Shown one piece after another: positions 9,082 through 18,434 of a stretch of 64,000 nucleotides of DNA (position 1 is the first letter of the stretch; each line of letters starts with the position of its first letter). The notes below the pieces were generated by a model that saw only the letters and a program-made list of their open reading frames with translations, made no database searches and was not told the origin of the DNA. Source of the stretch: Candidatus Ryanbacteria bacterium RIFCSPLOWO2_12_FULL_44_26 (GTDB lineage Bacteria; Patescibacteriota; Minisyncoccia; Ryanbacterales; HO2-45-13); the NCBI GenBank assembly GCA_001821765.1, contig MHOA01000008.1, positions 167-64,166 of the forward strand, given 5' to 3'. A program made the translations under genes and the position numbers.

Positions 9082-10062
9082 TTACTGTAGTGCTTCTTTT
9101 AGAAGCTCTAAATTCTTCTGCATAATGAAGATGTAAGAATCTTTCGCGAGATTGCCGGTTTCTACGGGATCGAGCGCATACACTTTAAGATTCAAATCGC
9201 GCGCAATCACCTCAACGACTTTTGGAGAAAACTGCGGTTCTGAAAAAATCGCGGTGATTCCAAGCTCCCGGATAAGTTTTATTACTTCGGAAAGATAGCG
9301 CGGAGACGGTTCTTTGCCGGGAAATTCTTCAATAGTTGCCGCTTCATTAAGCCCGTAGCGCTTAGCAAAATATTGGAACGCGGAATGAAACGCGATGAAA
9401 TCTTTCTTGGAAAGTTTGGCAATCGCTTCTCGAATCTCTTGATCAAGCGCGCGGAGTTCCTCAATATACCGTTCCGCGTTCTTATGATACAAATCGGCAT
9501 TTTCTGGATCGTTGGCGATGAATGCGTCGCGGATATTTCCAACCTGAATAATCGCATTATTGGGGTCAAGCCAGATGTGCGGATCAACAGGGCCGTGTTC
9601 ATCTTCCTTATGCCATTCACCTTCTTTAAGTTCTATGCCTTTAGTGGGGGTAATGGTGGTAATGCCTTTGCTGGTATCGATTACTTCAATATCAGTGTGA
9701 TCGCTTGAGGCAATCAGGTCATCGAGCACCGGTTCAAGACCGGCCCCGTTTTTAATCACCATATCGGCATTGTTGATTTTCTGAATATCGGCCGGGAGGA
9801 AGGAAGAAACTTCGGGGGTTTGGCTAAAAAGCATATCAAGCCCGATTCGACTCCCGCCCACTTGTTTTGCGAAATCGTACATTGGGAAAAATGTCGTAAG
9901 CACCCGCAATCCTGATTCCGATTGCGAAACAGGCGTTTCTTTCGGGGCGAAAATCCCGCTTCCCCAAAAGAAACTTAAAAGTCCGATAAAGATGAAACCA
10001 GCGATCACCAGAAGCTCTATAATTCTTTTTTGTTTCACCCGGTTAAAAATTTGTGTACTCAT
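9082..10062 (-). CDS. Metal-binding periplasmic/solute-binding protein, ZnuA/TroA family.
   Basis: N-terminal TM/signal peptide. DPHIWLDP and FHSAFQYFAKRYGL motifs are typical of cluster-9 SBPs. It is adjacent to the ATPase and permease. Confidence 0.8.
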   Translation of the reverse strand: MSTQIFNRVKQKRIIELLVIAGFIFIGLLSFFWGSGIFAPKETPVSQSESGLRVLTTFFPMYDFAKQVGGSRIGLDMLFSQTPEVSSFLPADIQKINNADMVIKNGAGLEPVLDDLIASSDHTDIEVIDTSKGITTITPTKGIELKEGEWHKEDEHGPVDPHIWLDPNNAIIQVGNIRDAFIANDPENADLYHKNAERYIEELRALDQEIREAIAKLSKKDFIAFHSAFQYFAKRYGLNEAATIEEFPGKEPSPRYLSEVIKLIRELGITAIFSEPQFSPKVVEVIARDLNLKVYALDPVETGNLAKDSYIFIMQKNLELLKEALQ

Positions 10063-10308
10063 ATCAGTTTATGATATTACTCCCCTTTAGATCAATATGT
10101 TCAATTTCTAACAGGGTTCCATAATAATTTATCTTTTAGTTATTAATTTGTTGTCGCATGATTTGCAAACCCCGAAAAGATCTAGCGCGCGAGCCTTTAC
10201 GGCATTGAATTGTGATGGCTTTCGAAAGTTTGATTGGGCGGAAGAATATAAGTATCCCACCGTTATCTTGGAACAAATGAACCAACTGCTCACCGAATGC
10301 CGAGAGGA

Positions 10309-10575
10309 TCAACCCGTTTCTGCCCCGTAATTGTTTACCCCGTAAGAAGCCGTAGGCTTACAATCCTTCTGAGGAGTACCCAAGGTTAAAAACAATTCTA
10401 CAATCTCGTAGTCATGAAAACCACCTAGTCCTGATTGCAGAAATCTTTCCCGAAGGCGCTTTCTATGCCCTTCGCTTTTGTGTTTTTCACTCGTTTTATC
10501 AACTTTTGGCGCTTCGACTTTGTTTACAGTGAGCATAGTCGAACCGCTCAGCATAAATAAATCCTTGATTTTCAT
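10309..10575 (-). pseudogene. RadC-like (UPF0758) N-terminal fragment lacking the JAB/MPN domain; likely a truncated remnant.
   Basis: MKIKDL...HRKRLRERFLQSGLGGFHDYEIVELFLTLGTPQKD matches the RadC N-terminal pattern (MxIKDLP..ERPRERL..G...LSD.ELLAILL.TG). The ORF stops after 88 aa. No HNHPSG-type motif is present in any downstream frame. Confidence 0.4.
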
Positions 10576-10576
10576 T

Positions 10577-10933
10577 TTATAAATCAGCGATGTAAGTTTT
10601 GATAAACTTTTCAGTTGCTCGAACTGTTTCTTCTTTTAACTTTGGGTTTGACTCCGCTACCCATTTTGCAAAATTATATAGTTCTTGGTTATCAACCCGT
10701 AGCCACTTCTTATTTCTGTATAAAAAATAAAGCATAGTGGTCATTGCGATTCGTTTGTTGCCGTTCTGAAAAGGATGATTCTTAACCATTAAATAAAAAA
10801 GAGTGGCGGTTTTATTCAGCAAACCCCTATATGCATGTTTTCTCTGAAAAGTCTGGAATGGTACAGCTAAACAGCTTTCTAGAATATTCGGAAATCTAGT
10901 TTCAAAGGACGGAATCGGTTCATTCCATTTCAT
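10577..10933 (-). CDS. doc: Doc (death-on-curing) family toxin with a Fic fold.
   Basis: The HPFQNGNKR motif fits the Doc signature HxFx(D/N)(A/G)NKR. Size is 118 aa. It lies immediately downstream of a small HTH gene. Confidence 0.75.
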   Translation of the reverse strand: MKWNEPIPSFETRFPNILESCLAVPFQTFQRKHAYRGLLNKTATLFYLMVKNHPFQNGNKRIAMTTMLYFLYRNKKWLRVDNQELYNFAKWVAESNPKLKEETVRATEKFIKTYIADL

Positions 10934-10989
10934 GGTTTCTTTCGCCAGACGAAAAGCAACATATTCTACCTCTCCTATAGTCAGCGATT

Positions 10990-11244
10990 TTATTCTTGTC
11001 CTAAGAGCCGCAATGTTTTTCCATATTCCTTAACAGCTTTCTTTACAGCAGCTTCAATGGCGTTCTTTTTTTCTTCTGTGAGAGTTTTCCCTAGGATATC
11101 GGGTAAATCGTTTTTATGAATGGCAAAATTACGGCCAATTTTTCGGGCCTTTATGGCGCCGGATTTAATTTTCTTAAAAACCGCTATTCGGCTTATACCC
11201 AATAACTTCGCCACCTCGCTTGTGGAAAGAAATTCTTTGTCCAT
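10990..11244 (-). CDS. Small excisionase-family HTH DNA-binding protein. It is a putative antitoxin to Doc, or alternatively the Xis-like factor of the decayed element.
   Basis: LSTSEVAKLLGISRIAVFKKIKSGAIKARKIGRNFAIHKNDL is a typical HTH_17/Xis-type domain. Size is 84 aa. It sits 56 nt upstream of doc on the same strand. Confidence 0.55.
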   Translation of the reverse strand: MDKEFLSTSEVAKLLGISRIAVFKKIKSGAIKARKIGRNFAIHKNDLPDILGKTLTEEKKNAIEAAVKKAVKEYGKTLRLLGQE

Positions 11245-11302
11245 ATTATTGAATAATAGTCCATGTTAACTGCTGTGTCAATGGTTAACGTATGTTAATT
11301 TA

Positions 11303-11790
11303 AACCGTCTCACTCGTGTCCGGAGAAATAATCGCGAAGGTTCGAACCCCGAAGGAAAGCTCGACCTGCTTTTAGACGCTCATTTGGACGGCACGATTTC
11401 ACGCGAGGAATACACTGCCAAGAAAGAGAAACTTATTACCGAAAAGGCCGAGCTTTCCGAAAAATCAAAGGATTTTGAACGAAACGGCAATCATTGGCTC
11501 GAACCCGGCCCGGCAATTCGTTTTAGCGGCTCAACAAGCCAAAATTATCGCTTTGCAAGAAAATCCCGTCGCGAGACGGGATTTTCTCAAAAGAATTGGC
11601 TCGAACCACGCCCGGCAATTCGTTTTAGCGGCTCAACAAGCCAAAATTATCGCTTTGCAAGAAAATCCCGTCGCGAGACGGGATTTTCTCAAAAGAATTG
11701 GCTCGAACCACGTTTTGCGCTCCCAAGCGATTTGCTTTGAACCCAAAAAGTCGTGGAAAATTCTCGCCGATTTGCCCGCCGACCCCGCCG
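11303..11790 (+). pseudogene. Decayed C-terminal remnant of a large serine recombinase (coiled-coil/tail region only), carrying a frameshift and a tandem duplication.
   Basis: Frame A reads ...LDLLLDAHLDGTISREEYTAKKEKLITEKAELSEKSKDFERNGNHWLEP, the recombinase C-terminal coiled-coil pattern. The tail continues in another frame (EPARQFVLAAQQAKIIALQENPVARRDFLKRIGSNHVLRSQ...). No catalytic N-terminal domain lies upstream; a stop occurs at 11300. Confidence 0.5.
11494..11712 (+). repeat. 102-bp tandem direct repeat (2 full copies plus a 15-nt partial third) inside the recombinase remnant.
   Basis: Copies are at 11494-11595 and 11596-11697 and differ by a 2-nt substitution. The unit is bounded by the 13-nt microhomology ATTGGCTCGAACC. 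Each copy contains the hairpin CCCGTCGCGAGACGGG. Confidence 0.9.
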
Positions 11791-11822
11791 TGGCGGGGGA
11801 GGTGAACTCGTATCATCCTATT

Positions 11823-11897
11823 TGGCTCCGCGGGCAGGACTCGAACCTGCAACCAACGCGTTAACAGCGCGCTGCTCTACCATTGAGCTACCGCGGA
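11823..11897 (-). tRNA. tRNA-Asn (anticodon GTT), CCA encoded.
   Basis: Reverse complement is TCCGCGG-TA-GCTCAATGGTAGAGC-A-GCGCG-CTGTTAA-CGCGT-TGGTT-GCAGGTTCGAGTCCTGC-CCGCGGA-G-CCA. Cloverleaf folded by eye. Confidence 0.85.
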
Positions 11898-12102
11898 CTA
11901 GATGCACTAAAAGTGCAACGAATAACTCATTACAAATAACGAATAACAAACGGCCACTCAACAGTATACGATTATTCCGGCGATTTATCAAATACCGGGA
12001 TTGTTTACCAGTATTAAAACAAAACTTGCGCGCATTCCTATATACCTATAACCCTTGAAAACGAAACACCGTTATTCGTTACCAGTACAGACGAACAGGA
12101 CA

Positions 12103-13338
12103 TTAATATCCTGTTAGTCTGTCCGACTTTCTGTGCTGACGGATTTTTTCAATTGCTTTCGCTTCAATCTGACGGATGCGTTCACGCGTCACTCCAAACT
12201 CTCTCCCCACCTCCTCAAGCGTATGTGTAATGCTGTCATCAAGACCAAACCGCATGCGCAAAATTTTCTGCTCTCGCGGAAGAAGATCTTCAATGATCGC
12301 CCGTATCTGGTCTTTAAGCAATTCTCGCGACGTCTGGTCAGCCGGCGAGAGTACTTTTTCATCTTCAATAAATTCACTTAAGGTGGAATCTTCTTCATCT
12401 TCTCCGACCGGCATTTCAAGAGAAATGGTTTCTTGAGAAATCTTCATAATATGATGTATCTTCTCCGGCTCCATTCCCATCTCCGCTGCAATCTCTTCCG
12501 GGAGCGGCTCGCGTCCCAAGTCTTGTGTGAGGCGTCGCCGCATCTGATGGAATTTTGAAATAGTTTCCACCATATGCACCGGTATTCGGATAGTGCGCGC
12601 CTGATCCGCAATCGCTCTGGTAATTGCCTGCCGGATCCACCACGTCGCATACGTTGAAAATTTAAATCCGCGCCTCCAGTCGAATTTCTCAACCGCGCGA
12701 AAAAGCCCGATATTTCCTTCTTGAACAAGATCAAGCAGTGAAAGATTATGACTTCTCCCCACATATTTTTTCGCGATTGAAACAACAAGCCGCAAGTTTG
12801 CCTGTGCTAAGCGTTTTCTGGACTCAATGTCTCCTTTTTCTATCCGCTTTGCAAGCTCCCGCTCTCCTTCGGCAGTAAGAAGCGGGATGCGTCCTATCTC
12901 CTTTAAGTACATCTGCACCGAGTCATAATGTTCCGTGCCGGTGAGCATCTCTTCAAATTTTTTCTTCATTATTCCTTCCCTCTTTGACGGGCTTTTTTCC
13001 TTTTTTTCCTTCTCCAACTCAATAAGGTTTTTTACTTCCAGCACATCAATATGGAGATCCGAAAGACGCGCATACAACTCCTCTAACCGGAAAATGTCGT
13101 CCTCAATATGGGGAAAGAGATTTAAAATTTCAGCATAGGTAACAGCACCACGCTCTTTACCTTTTTTTTCCAAGATTGCGAACTTTTTCTCAAATTCCTC
13201 CTGTTTTCGGCTGTTTCTTTTTTTCTTCTGCTCTTTTTTCTTATCGACACGACCCGTGGGCATATCCTCCTGTCTTGTTTTCTTTTTTGGAGCACCTGTT
13301 TTCTTTCTTGTTTTTATCGCGCTTTTTCCTTTTCTCAT
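12103..13338 (-). CDS. rpoD: RNA polymerase sigma-70 factor RpoD (primary sigma) with a Lys-rich basic N-terminal extension.
   Basis: Region 2/3/4 motifs are present: [54 protein letters not shown] and a C-terminal HTH. It sits downstream of dnaG. Confidence 0.95.
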   Translation of the reverse strand: MRKGKSAIKTRKKTGAPKKKTRQEDMPTGRVDKKKEQKKKRNSRKQEEFEKKFAILEKKGKERGAVTYAEILNLFPHIEDDIFRLEELYARLSDLHIDVLEVKNLIELEKEKKEKSPSKREGIMKKKFEEMLTGTEHYDSVQMYLKEIGRIPLLTAEGERELAKRIEKGDIESRKRLAQANLRLVVSIAKKYVGRSHNLSLLDLVQEGNIGLFRAVEKFDWRRGFKFSTYATWWIRQAITRAIADQARTIRIPVHMVETISKFHQMRRRLTQDLGREPLPEEIAAEMGMEPEKIHHIMKISQETISLEMPVGEDEEDSTLSEFIEDEKVLSPADQTSRELLKDQIRAIIEDLLPREQKILRMRFGLDDSITHTLEEVGREFGVTRERIRQIEAKAIEKIRQHRKSDRLTGY

Positions 13339-13400
13339 TTTTCTAATGTTATAAACAACTTAAAAAGCATAAAATAAATCCGCACAAACGCACTACGGCA

Positions 13401-15317
13401 TCACCTTATACGCGCCGTGAGAGAATAAATCTCTCCAAGGATGCGAATACAGTCATCGCTGTTTTGCTTCTCCTCCGCGTCCCGTAATTTTATCTGAAGA
13501 TCGGCCATCTGTGCTCTTATATGCTCCATCTCCCACTCTTTAACGCAAATACGAAGCTCCTCGGCGACATCTTTAATAAACTCGGCTGTTTTCTCAATCT
13601 CAAAAATAAGTTCATGCACAAATATCTTTTCATCATCGTCCAACAGATTTACCACATCAGCATGGTTTTCGGACAGGTTTTCTTGCATCCCAATAAATTG
13701 AAATAACTTTCCTGCCTTTTCGCTTGTGCAGTGTTCTTTTTTGGGAAGTGTCTTTATGGAAGACATGAGATGTGGGTAAAGAAGCAACAACCCTAAGATA
13801 CGCCTCTCGAGCAATACTTTGCGGTTTGAAGTTCCAGCAACTCCTTCAGACCCGGCAAATTCCTGAACTCTTTTTTGCTCTTCATTCATGTCGAGCTTTG
13901 CGTAATAACGAAGCTCCTTCCAACATGCTTCCTCACTTAAAGAAAGCCGGCGGGCAATTGCACCAATCCAATGCGCTCGTTCTATTTCACTGAAAAGCCG
14001 CGCTACAAGCGGCAACACTTCAGCGCCAATTTTTCGTTTGGAAACAGCGTCTTTCAAAGAATATTTTTCAATAGCGCGGGAGAGAAAAAATCCTATACTT
14101 TCAACCGCATTTTTTACTTGTTCCTTCCAGCGCTCGGGAGACGCACATGCTACATCAGCTGGATCGGTACCGCTTTCAAGCTCAATAAGCGCCGTTTGCA
14201 TGTTTTCCCGGACGGCCAGTTCAACAGCCCGCCTTGCCGCCTTCACTCCCGCCTCATCCATGTCAAAAGCAAACAACACCGCATCTGTAAAACGCTTTAT
14301 GAGCCGCAGGTGCTGCGCGGTAAGAGCGGTTCCGGACACCGCAACAACGTTTTTTACCCCTGATTGATATGAAAGCAGAACATCCATATATCCCTCTACT
14401 ATCACAGCTTTCTCCTCTAATCGTATTGCATGGCGCGCCTTATCAAAACCATAAAGAAATCCCGATTTATCATAAAACATCGTGGCAGGCGTATTAATAT
14501 ATTTTCCACCAGAGACAGACTTACCTTTGGTTGGTCCGCCTAAGACGCTTCGGCCGCCAACCGATGGAAACCAGCTTTGAGTTGGCGCTTCACCAGATTC
14601 AAATATCCTGCCGCCGAAACCAATGACGCGATTGCCTGTGTCAATAAGCGGGAATATAATGCGAGAACGAAAGCGGTCGTAATGCCCCGACTCAGACTCA
14701 CCAAAACTCGTCCGCTGACTTGCACCAGCATACCTCTTAGTTACCTCACGTTGCACCACAAGTCCTGCTTTTTTCATTTCCGTCAATGTGTATCCACGCT
14801 CTTTCAAAAAAACAATAAGATTTCTCCATCCATGCGGCGCAAACCCCAGACGAAATAATTTCATCGTCTGGGGCTGAATGCCTCTTTTAATCAAATACTG
14901 CTTTGGCGGCTCCGACGCTTCAAGCGCTCTTTCAAAAAATAATGCTGCGTTATCAAGTAAATCAAGGAGGCGCAAACGTTCGCTTTTTTCTTTTGTGTCT
15001 TGTGTGCCCAGCTGTACTCCGGCACGTTCAGCAAGAATGCGCAGAGCTTCACGAAACTCAATATTCTCAATTTCCATTAAAAATTGAAATATGTCGCCTC
15101 CTTTGCCGCACCCGAAACAGTGCCAGATCTCTCTCGAGGGAGAAACGTTAAACGATGGGGTTTTTTCCGCATGAAACGGACATCGCGCCTTAAAGTTTGA
15201 ACCGCTTTTTTGAAGCCTCACATATCCCTGAATAAAGGAAACGATATCTAAACGGGATTTAATTTCTTCCACTGGTGAACTCATAACATTCTTCTTAACC
15301 TTTATGTTATACATCAA
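13401..15317 (-). CDS. dnaG: DNA primase DnaG.
   Basis: Zinc-finger CPFHAEKTPSFNVSPSREIWHCFGCGKGGD. Toprim motifs EGYMDV and DMDEAG are present. Size is 638 aa. Confidence 0.95.
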   Translation of the reverse strand: MMYNIKVKKNVMSSPVEEIKSRLDIVSFIQGYVRLQKSGSNFKARCPFHAEKTPSFNVSPSREIWHCFGCGKGGDIFQFLMEIENIEFREALRILAERAGVQLGTQDTKEKSERLRLLDLLDNAALFFERALEASEPPKQYLIKRGIQPQTMKLFRLGFAPHGWRNLIVFLKERGYTLTEMKKAGLVVQREVTKRYAGASQRTSFGESESGHYDRFRSRIIFPLIDTGNRVIGFGGRIFESGEAPTQSWFPSVGGRSVLGGPTKGKSVSGGKYINTPATMFYDKSGFLYGFDKARHAIRLEEKAVIVEGYMDVLLSYQSGVKNVVAVSGTALTAQHLRLIKRFTDAVLFAFDMDEAGVKAARRAVELAVRENMQTALIELESGTDPADVACASPERWKEQVKNAVESIGFFLSRAIEKYSLKDAVSKRKIGAEVLPLVARLFSEIERAHWIGAIARRLSLSEEACWKELRYYAKLDMNEEQKRVQEFAGSEGVAGTSNRKVLLERRILGLLLLYPHLMSSIKTLPKKEHCTSEKAGKLFQFIGMQENLSENHADVVNLLDDDEKIFVHELIFEIEKTAEFIKDVAEELRICVKEWEMEHIRAQMADLQIKLRDAEEKQNSDDCIRILGEIYSLTARIR

Positions 15318-15530
15318 TTAAAACGCAGATTCAATGAGGATATTATTATATGACACAGTTTGGGGAATCCCCGCATGTCATATACAGATAACAGGCAAAA
15401 AGGAACGGCCATCGCTTTATAACATAAGCGCCATGAATATATTGTAAACCGGCACTGCACATGTTGATTGCCCTATAAGTAAGTGTATTTTATAATAAAA
15501 ACAGCTCAGCATAACGTATATAAAATTGCA

Positions 15531-16661
15531 ATGACACACCAAAACAACCTACGGACAAGGGATGGGTTTACTCTTATAGAGTTGCTGGTCGCGGTATTTA
15601 TTTTCACCATAGTGATGCTGGTAGCTGTTGGGGCAATCATCGCGGTTAATGACGCCTCGAAAAAGGTGCGATCCCAAAAAACAGTAATAAATAACCTCGA
15701 TTCAGCTTTAGAACAGATGTACAGAAACATCCGTGAAGGATATAACTACCATTGCGGAAATGAATCACTCATTCGTTTCGACAAATCGCAGGGATGTCCA
15801 AGCGGGGAAAGCATATTCGCATTTGAACCAAGAGAAGGAAATCCAAAAAACCGTAACGATCAGGTGGTATATAAACTACAAAATAAAAGAATTATGCAGT
15901 CACTTGACGGTGGTACAAGTTTTTCTCCAATCACCGGCTCCGACGTTATAGTGGAAGAACTCACATTTAAAACTGTGGAAATCTCATCTGCTGGAGATCC
16001 TCAGCCAAGAGTGCTTATTACGCTCAAAGGAAAAGCAGGCACGAGCGGAAAAACGGCATCAGGATTTAACATTCAAACAACAGTATCTCAACGATTAAAA
16101 CCAACACATGCAGAAAGTCTCATTCCGCCCGGCTCACCTTGGCCGCAAAATGCCTATTGCCCGTTTAACGAAACGGTGCCCGGAAGAATCATCGTCAATT
16201 TCAGCGATATAAAAAAAAGCGGCACAACGCTCGGGGCCATCAGCTGTAATAAAGCAACTATAAAACAAGTCATAAACTATGAGCTTCCGATCGCAACACA
16301 AATACCACCCGGGACATATGATATTACGCTTGCAAATTGGGACGATCATTGCGACGCAAATGGGAAGAACTGTGCTTCTCATTATCAACCATATGAAAAA
16401 ATAAAAATTGAGCTCTTGGCCGCTAATGGAACTTCACTATATACATCAGGCATTACAGAAGACGTCAAGGCCGACAAAAATGTTGTTTTTCCTCCTACTG
16501 TTGTTGGAACCAATGTGAAAGTAAGAGCGCTGGTCACAGAAATTAACGCACGGATAGGGGATGTCAGTTGGCCCTACTGTAATAGCGTCGTTGCCGCATG
16601 CGTCGCTTTTGATTTGTCGGGAGCTGAAGGCGGCGAAGAAATAGATATCCATGAGTTCTAG
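15531..16661 (+). CDS. Large type IV pilin-like protein (prepilin-type N-terminal cleavage/methylation domain) with a ~190-aa C-terminal extension domain.
   Basis: G|FTLIELLVAVFIFTIV is a class III signal. The protein is ~377 aa from ATG 15531 (the ORF-track start at 15483 is probably upstream of the true start). Its tandem paralog lies downstream. Confidence 0.75.
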   Translation: MTHQNNLRTRDGFTLIELLVAVFIFTIVMLVAVGAIIAVNDASKKVRSQKTVINNLDSALEQMYRNIREGYNYHCGNESLIRFDKSQGCPSGESIFAFEPREGNPKNRNDQVVYKLQNKRIMQSLDGGTSFSPITGSDVIVEELTFKTVEISSAGDPQPRVLITLKGKAGTSGKTASGFNIQTTVSQRLKPTHAESLIPPGSPWPQNAYCPFNETVPGRIIVNFSDIKKSGTTLGAISCNKATIKQVINYELPIATQIPPGTYDITLANWDDHCDANGKNCASHYQPYEKIKIELLAANGTSLYTSGITEDVKADKNVVFPPTVVGTNVKVRALVTEINARIGDVSWPYCNSVVAACVAFDLSGAEGGEEIDIHEF

Positions 16662-16703
16662 TTACACGAGACGACATTACTTCTAAAGTAATAACTTTTC
16701 ATA

Positions 16704-17858
16704 ATGCCCCGCCTACTCTTTCAAAACAACCGAAGAAAAAAACATATAAACCCTTGCGCCGTTTTCTTCCCTAAAAATGGCTTCGGATTTACTCTCATTG
16801 AAATCTTGGTAGCTGTCTTTATTTTTACCATTGTAATCATGGTCGCTGTTGGGGCAATCATCGCGGTGAATGACGCTTCAAAAAAAGCGCGATCGCAGAA
16901 AGCAGTAATAAATAACCTGGATTCAGCTTTAGAACAGGTGTACAGAAGCATACGAGAAGGACATACCTATCACTGCGGAACTGCTCCCTTTAACACTGAA
17001 CTTGCATGCCCGAACGGGGAAAGCGTCTTTGCATTTGAGGCGAGGGGCGGCGATCTGAACAATCCAAACGACCAGATTGTATATCGGCTCCAAAATAACC
17101 GCATAGAAAGGTCAATTGACGGGGGGAATACCTATCTCCCTCTTACCGCCCCCGATGTCGTGGTAAATGAGCTAACCTTTAAAAATGTTACCATATCATC
17201 TGCAACCGATCCGCAACCAAAAGTGCTCATTACCGTCAAAGGCAAAGCTGGTATTGACCAAAAGTCTGCTTCTGAATTTAACATTCAAACGACCGTTTCC
17301 CAAAGATTACGACCTACAAGCGATATCGGACTATTGCAGCCCGGCTCTTCGTGGCCACAAAACGCATACTGCCCGTTTAACGAGACGCTGCCCGGAAGAA
17401 TTATTGTCAACTTCAGCGACATAAAAATAACCGACACAACACTTGGGTCTACGTGCAATAACCAAGTCGTAAACTATGAGCTTCTTCCGCTCGCAACGCA
17501 AATACCGCCGGGAACATACGATATCATACTGGCAAGCTGGGACGATCATTGCGATGCAGATGGGAATGACTGTCGTGCTCAAGATCAGCTGTATGAAAGA
17601 ATAAAAATTGAGCTCTTGGATGCGGGTGGAACTTCACTATATACATCGGGCATAACGGAAGACATCGAGTTCGACAAAAATGTTGTTTTTCCTCCAACCG
17701 TCGTCGGAACTAATGTGGTGATAAGCGCGTTGGTCACAGAAATTAACGCACGGATAGGGGATGTCAGCTGGCCCGGCTGTAATAGCGTTGTTGCGGCATG
17801 CGTCGCATTTGATTTATTATCATCAGCCGGCGGCGGCGCCGATATATACGAATTTTAA
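16704..17858 (+). CDS. Large type IV pilin-like protein, tandem paralog of the previous gene.
   Basis: GFGFTLIEILVAVFIFTIV. It aligns with the upstream gene over its full length at roughly 75-80% aa identity, with near-identical N-terminal (AVNDASKK.RSQK.VINNLDSALEQ) and C-terminal (VFPPTVVGTNV...ALVTEINARIGDVSWP.CNSVVAACVAFDL) blocks. Confidence 0.75.
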   Translation: MPRLLFQNNRRKKHINPCAVFFPKNGFGFTLIEILVAVFIFTIVIMVAVGAIIAVNDASKKARSQKAVINNLDSALEQVYRSIREGHTYHCGTAPFNTELACPNGESVFAFEARGGDLNNPNDQIVYRLQNNRIERSIDGGNTYLPLTAPDVVVNELTFKNVTISSATDPQPKVLITVKGKAGIDQKSASEFNIQTTVSQRLRPTSDIGLLQPGSSWPQNAYCPFNETLPGRIIVNFSDIKITDTTLGSTCNNQVVNYELLPLATQIPPGTYDIILASWDDHCDADGNDCRAQDQLYERIKIELLDAGGTSLYTSGITEDIEFDKNVVFPPTVVGTNVVISALVTEINARIGDVSWPGCNSVVAACVAFDLLSSAGGGADIYEF

Positions 17859-17878
17859 TTTACACTGGACGTATTTCT

Positions 17879-18415
17879 ATGATAAAAAATACATATACAA
17901 CCATGAAAGGATTCACACTTATTGAAACACTCGCTGCAATAGCGGTTATTCTTATTGTAACAGTCGGCGCTCTTACACTTGCACAGCGGAGTTTGTCTGC
18001 CGCAACCTTTGCAAAAGACCAGACAACCGCTTTCTATCTGGCGCAGGACGCAACGGAATCCATAAAAAACATACGAGATACGAACATACGGGATAATAAT
18101 CCGGGCGGCTGGCTGAACGGTCTTAGCGGAACCTGCACCGGCGGGAATAAATGCACCATCGATACGTCAAAAACCGACACTATATCAAACATTGTTAAAA
18201 CATGCACCGGTTCGTGCGCGCCACTGCGCTATAATCCTACAACAAATCAGTATGGCCATACCTCAAGCTGGCAAGAATCAAAATTTACAAGGGAAGTGGC
18301 AATCAACGTATTAAATCCGGCAAGGGAAATTGCGGTTTCGGTCACCATACGCTGGAAAAGCGGCGTACTGGGAAGGGAATTCACTATAAGACAAAATCTG
18401 TACGACATTTTTTAA
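17879..18415 (+). CDS. Type IV pilin-like / pseudopilin protein. The start is possibly ATG 17903 (MKGFTLIE).
   Basis: KGFTLIETLAAIAVILIV is a prepilin cleavage motif with Glu at +5. Confidence 0.7.
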   Translation: MIKNTYTTMKGFTLIETLAAIAVILIVTVGALTLAQRSLSAATFAKDQTTAFYLAQDATESIKNIRDTNIRDNNPGGWLNGLSGTCTGGNKCTIDTSKTDTISNIVKTCTGSCAPLRYNPTTNQYGHTSSWQESKFTREVAINVLNPAREIAVSVTIRWKSGVLGREFTIRQNLYDIF

Positions 18416-18434
18416 ACAATCATTGCCGTAAAAT

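Noticed and set aside
11494-11712. The tandem repeat as a possible CRISPR array.
   Set aside because: There are only two adjacent copies with no spacers, the unit (102 bp) is far too long, and it is in-frame within a gene remnant. It is a tandem duplication, not CRISPR.
11625-12058. ORFs 11625..11852(-) and 11753..12058(+) around tRNA-Asn.
   Set aside because: They overlap the tRNA and the recombinase remnant and have no coding signal, so I treat them as artefacts.
12087-12122. Nested hairpin ACAGAC-GAACAGGA...TCCTGTT-GTCTGT as the rpoD terminator.
   Set aside because: The hairpin overlaps the rpoD stop codon and is not followed by a U-tract on the minus strand, so its terminator function is doubtful.
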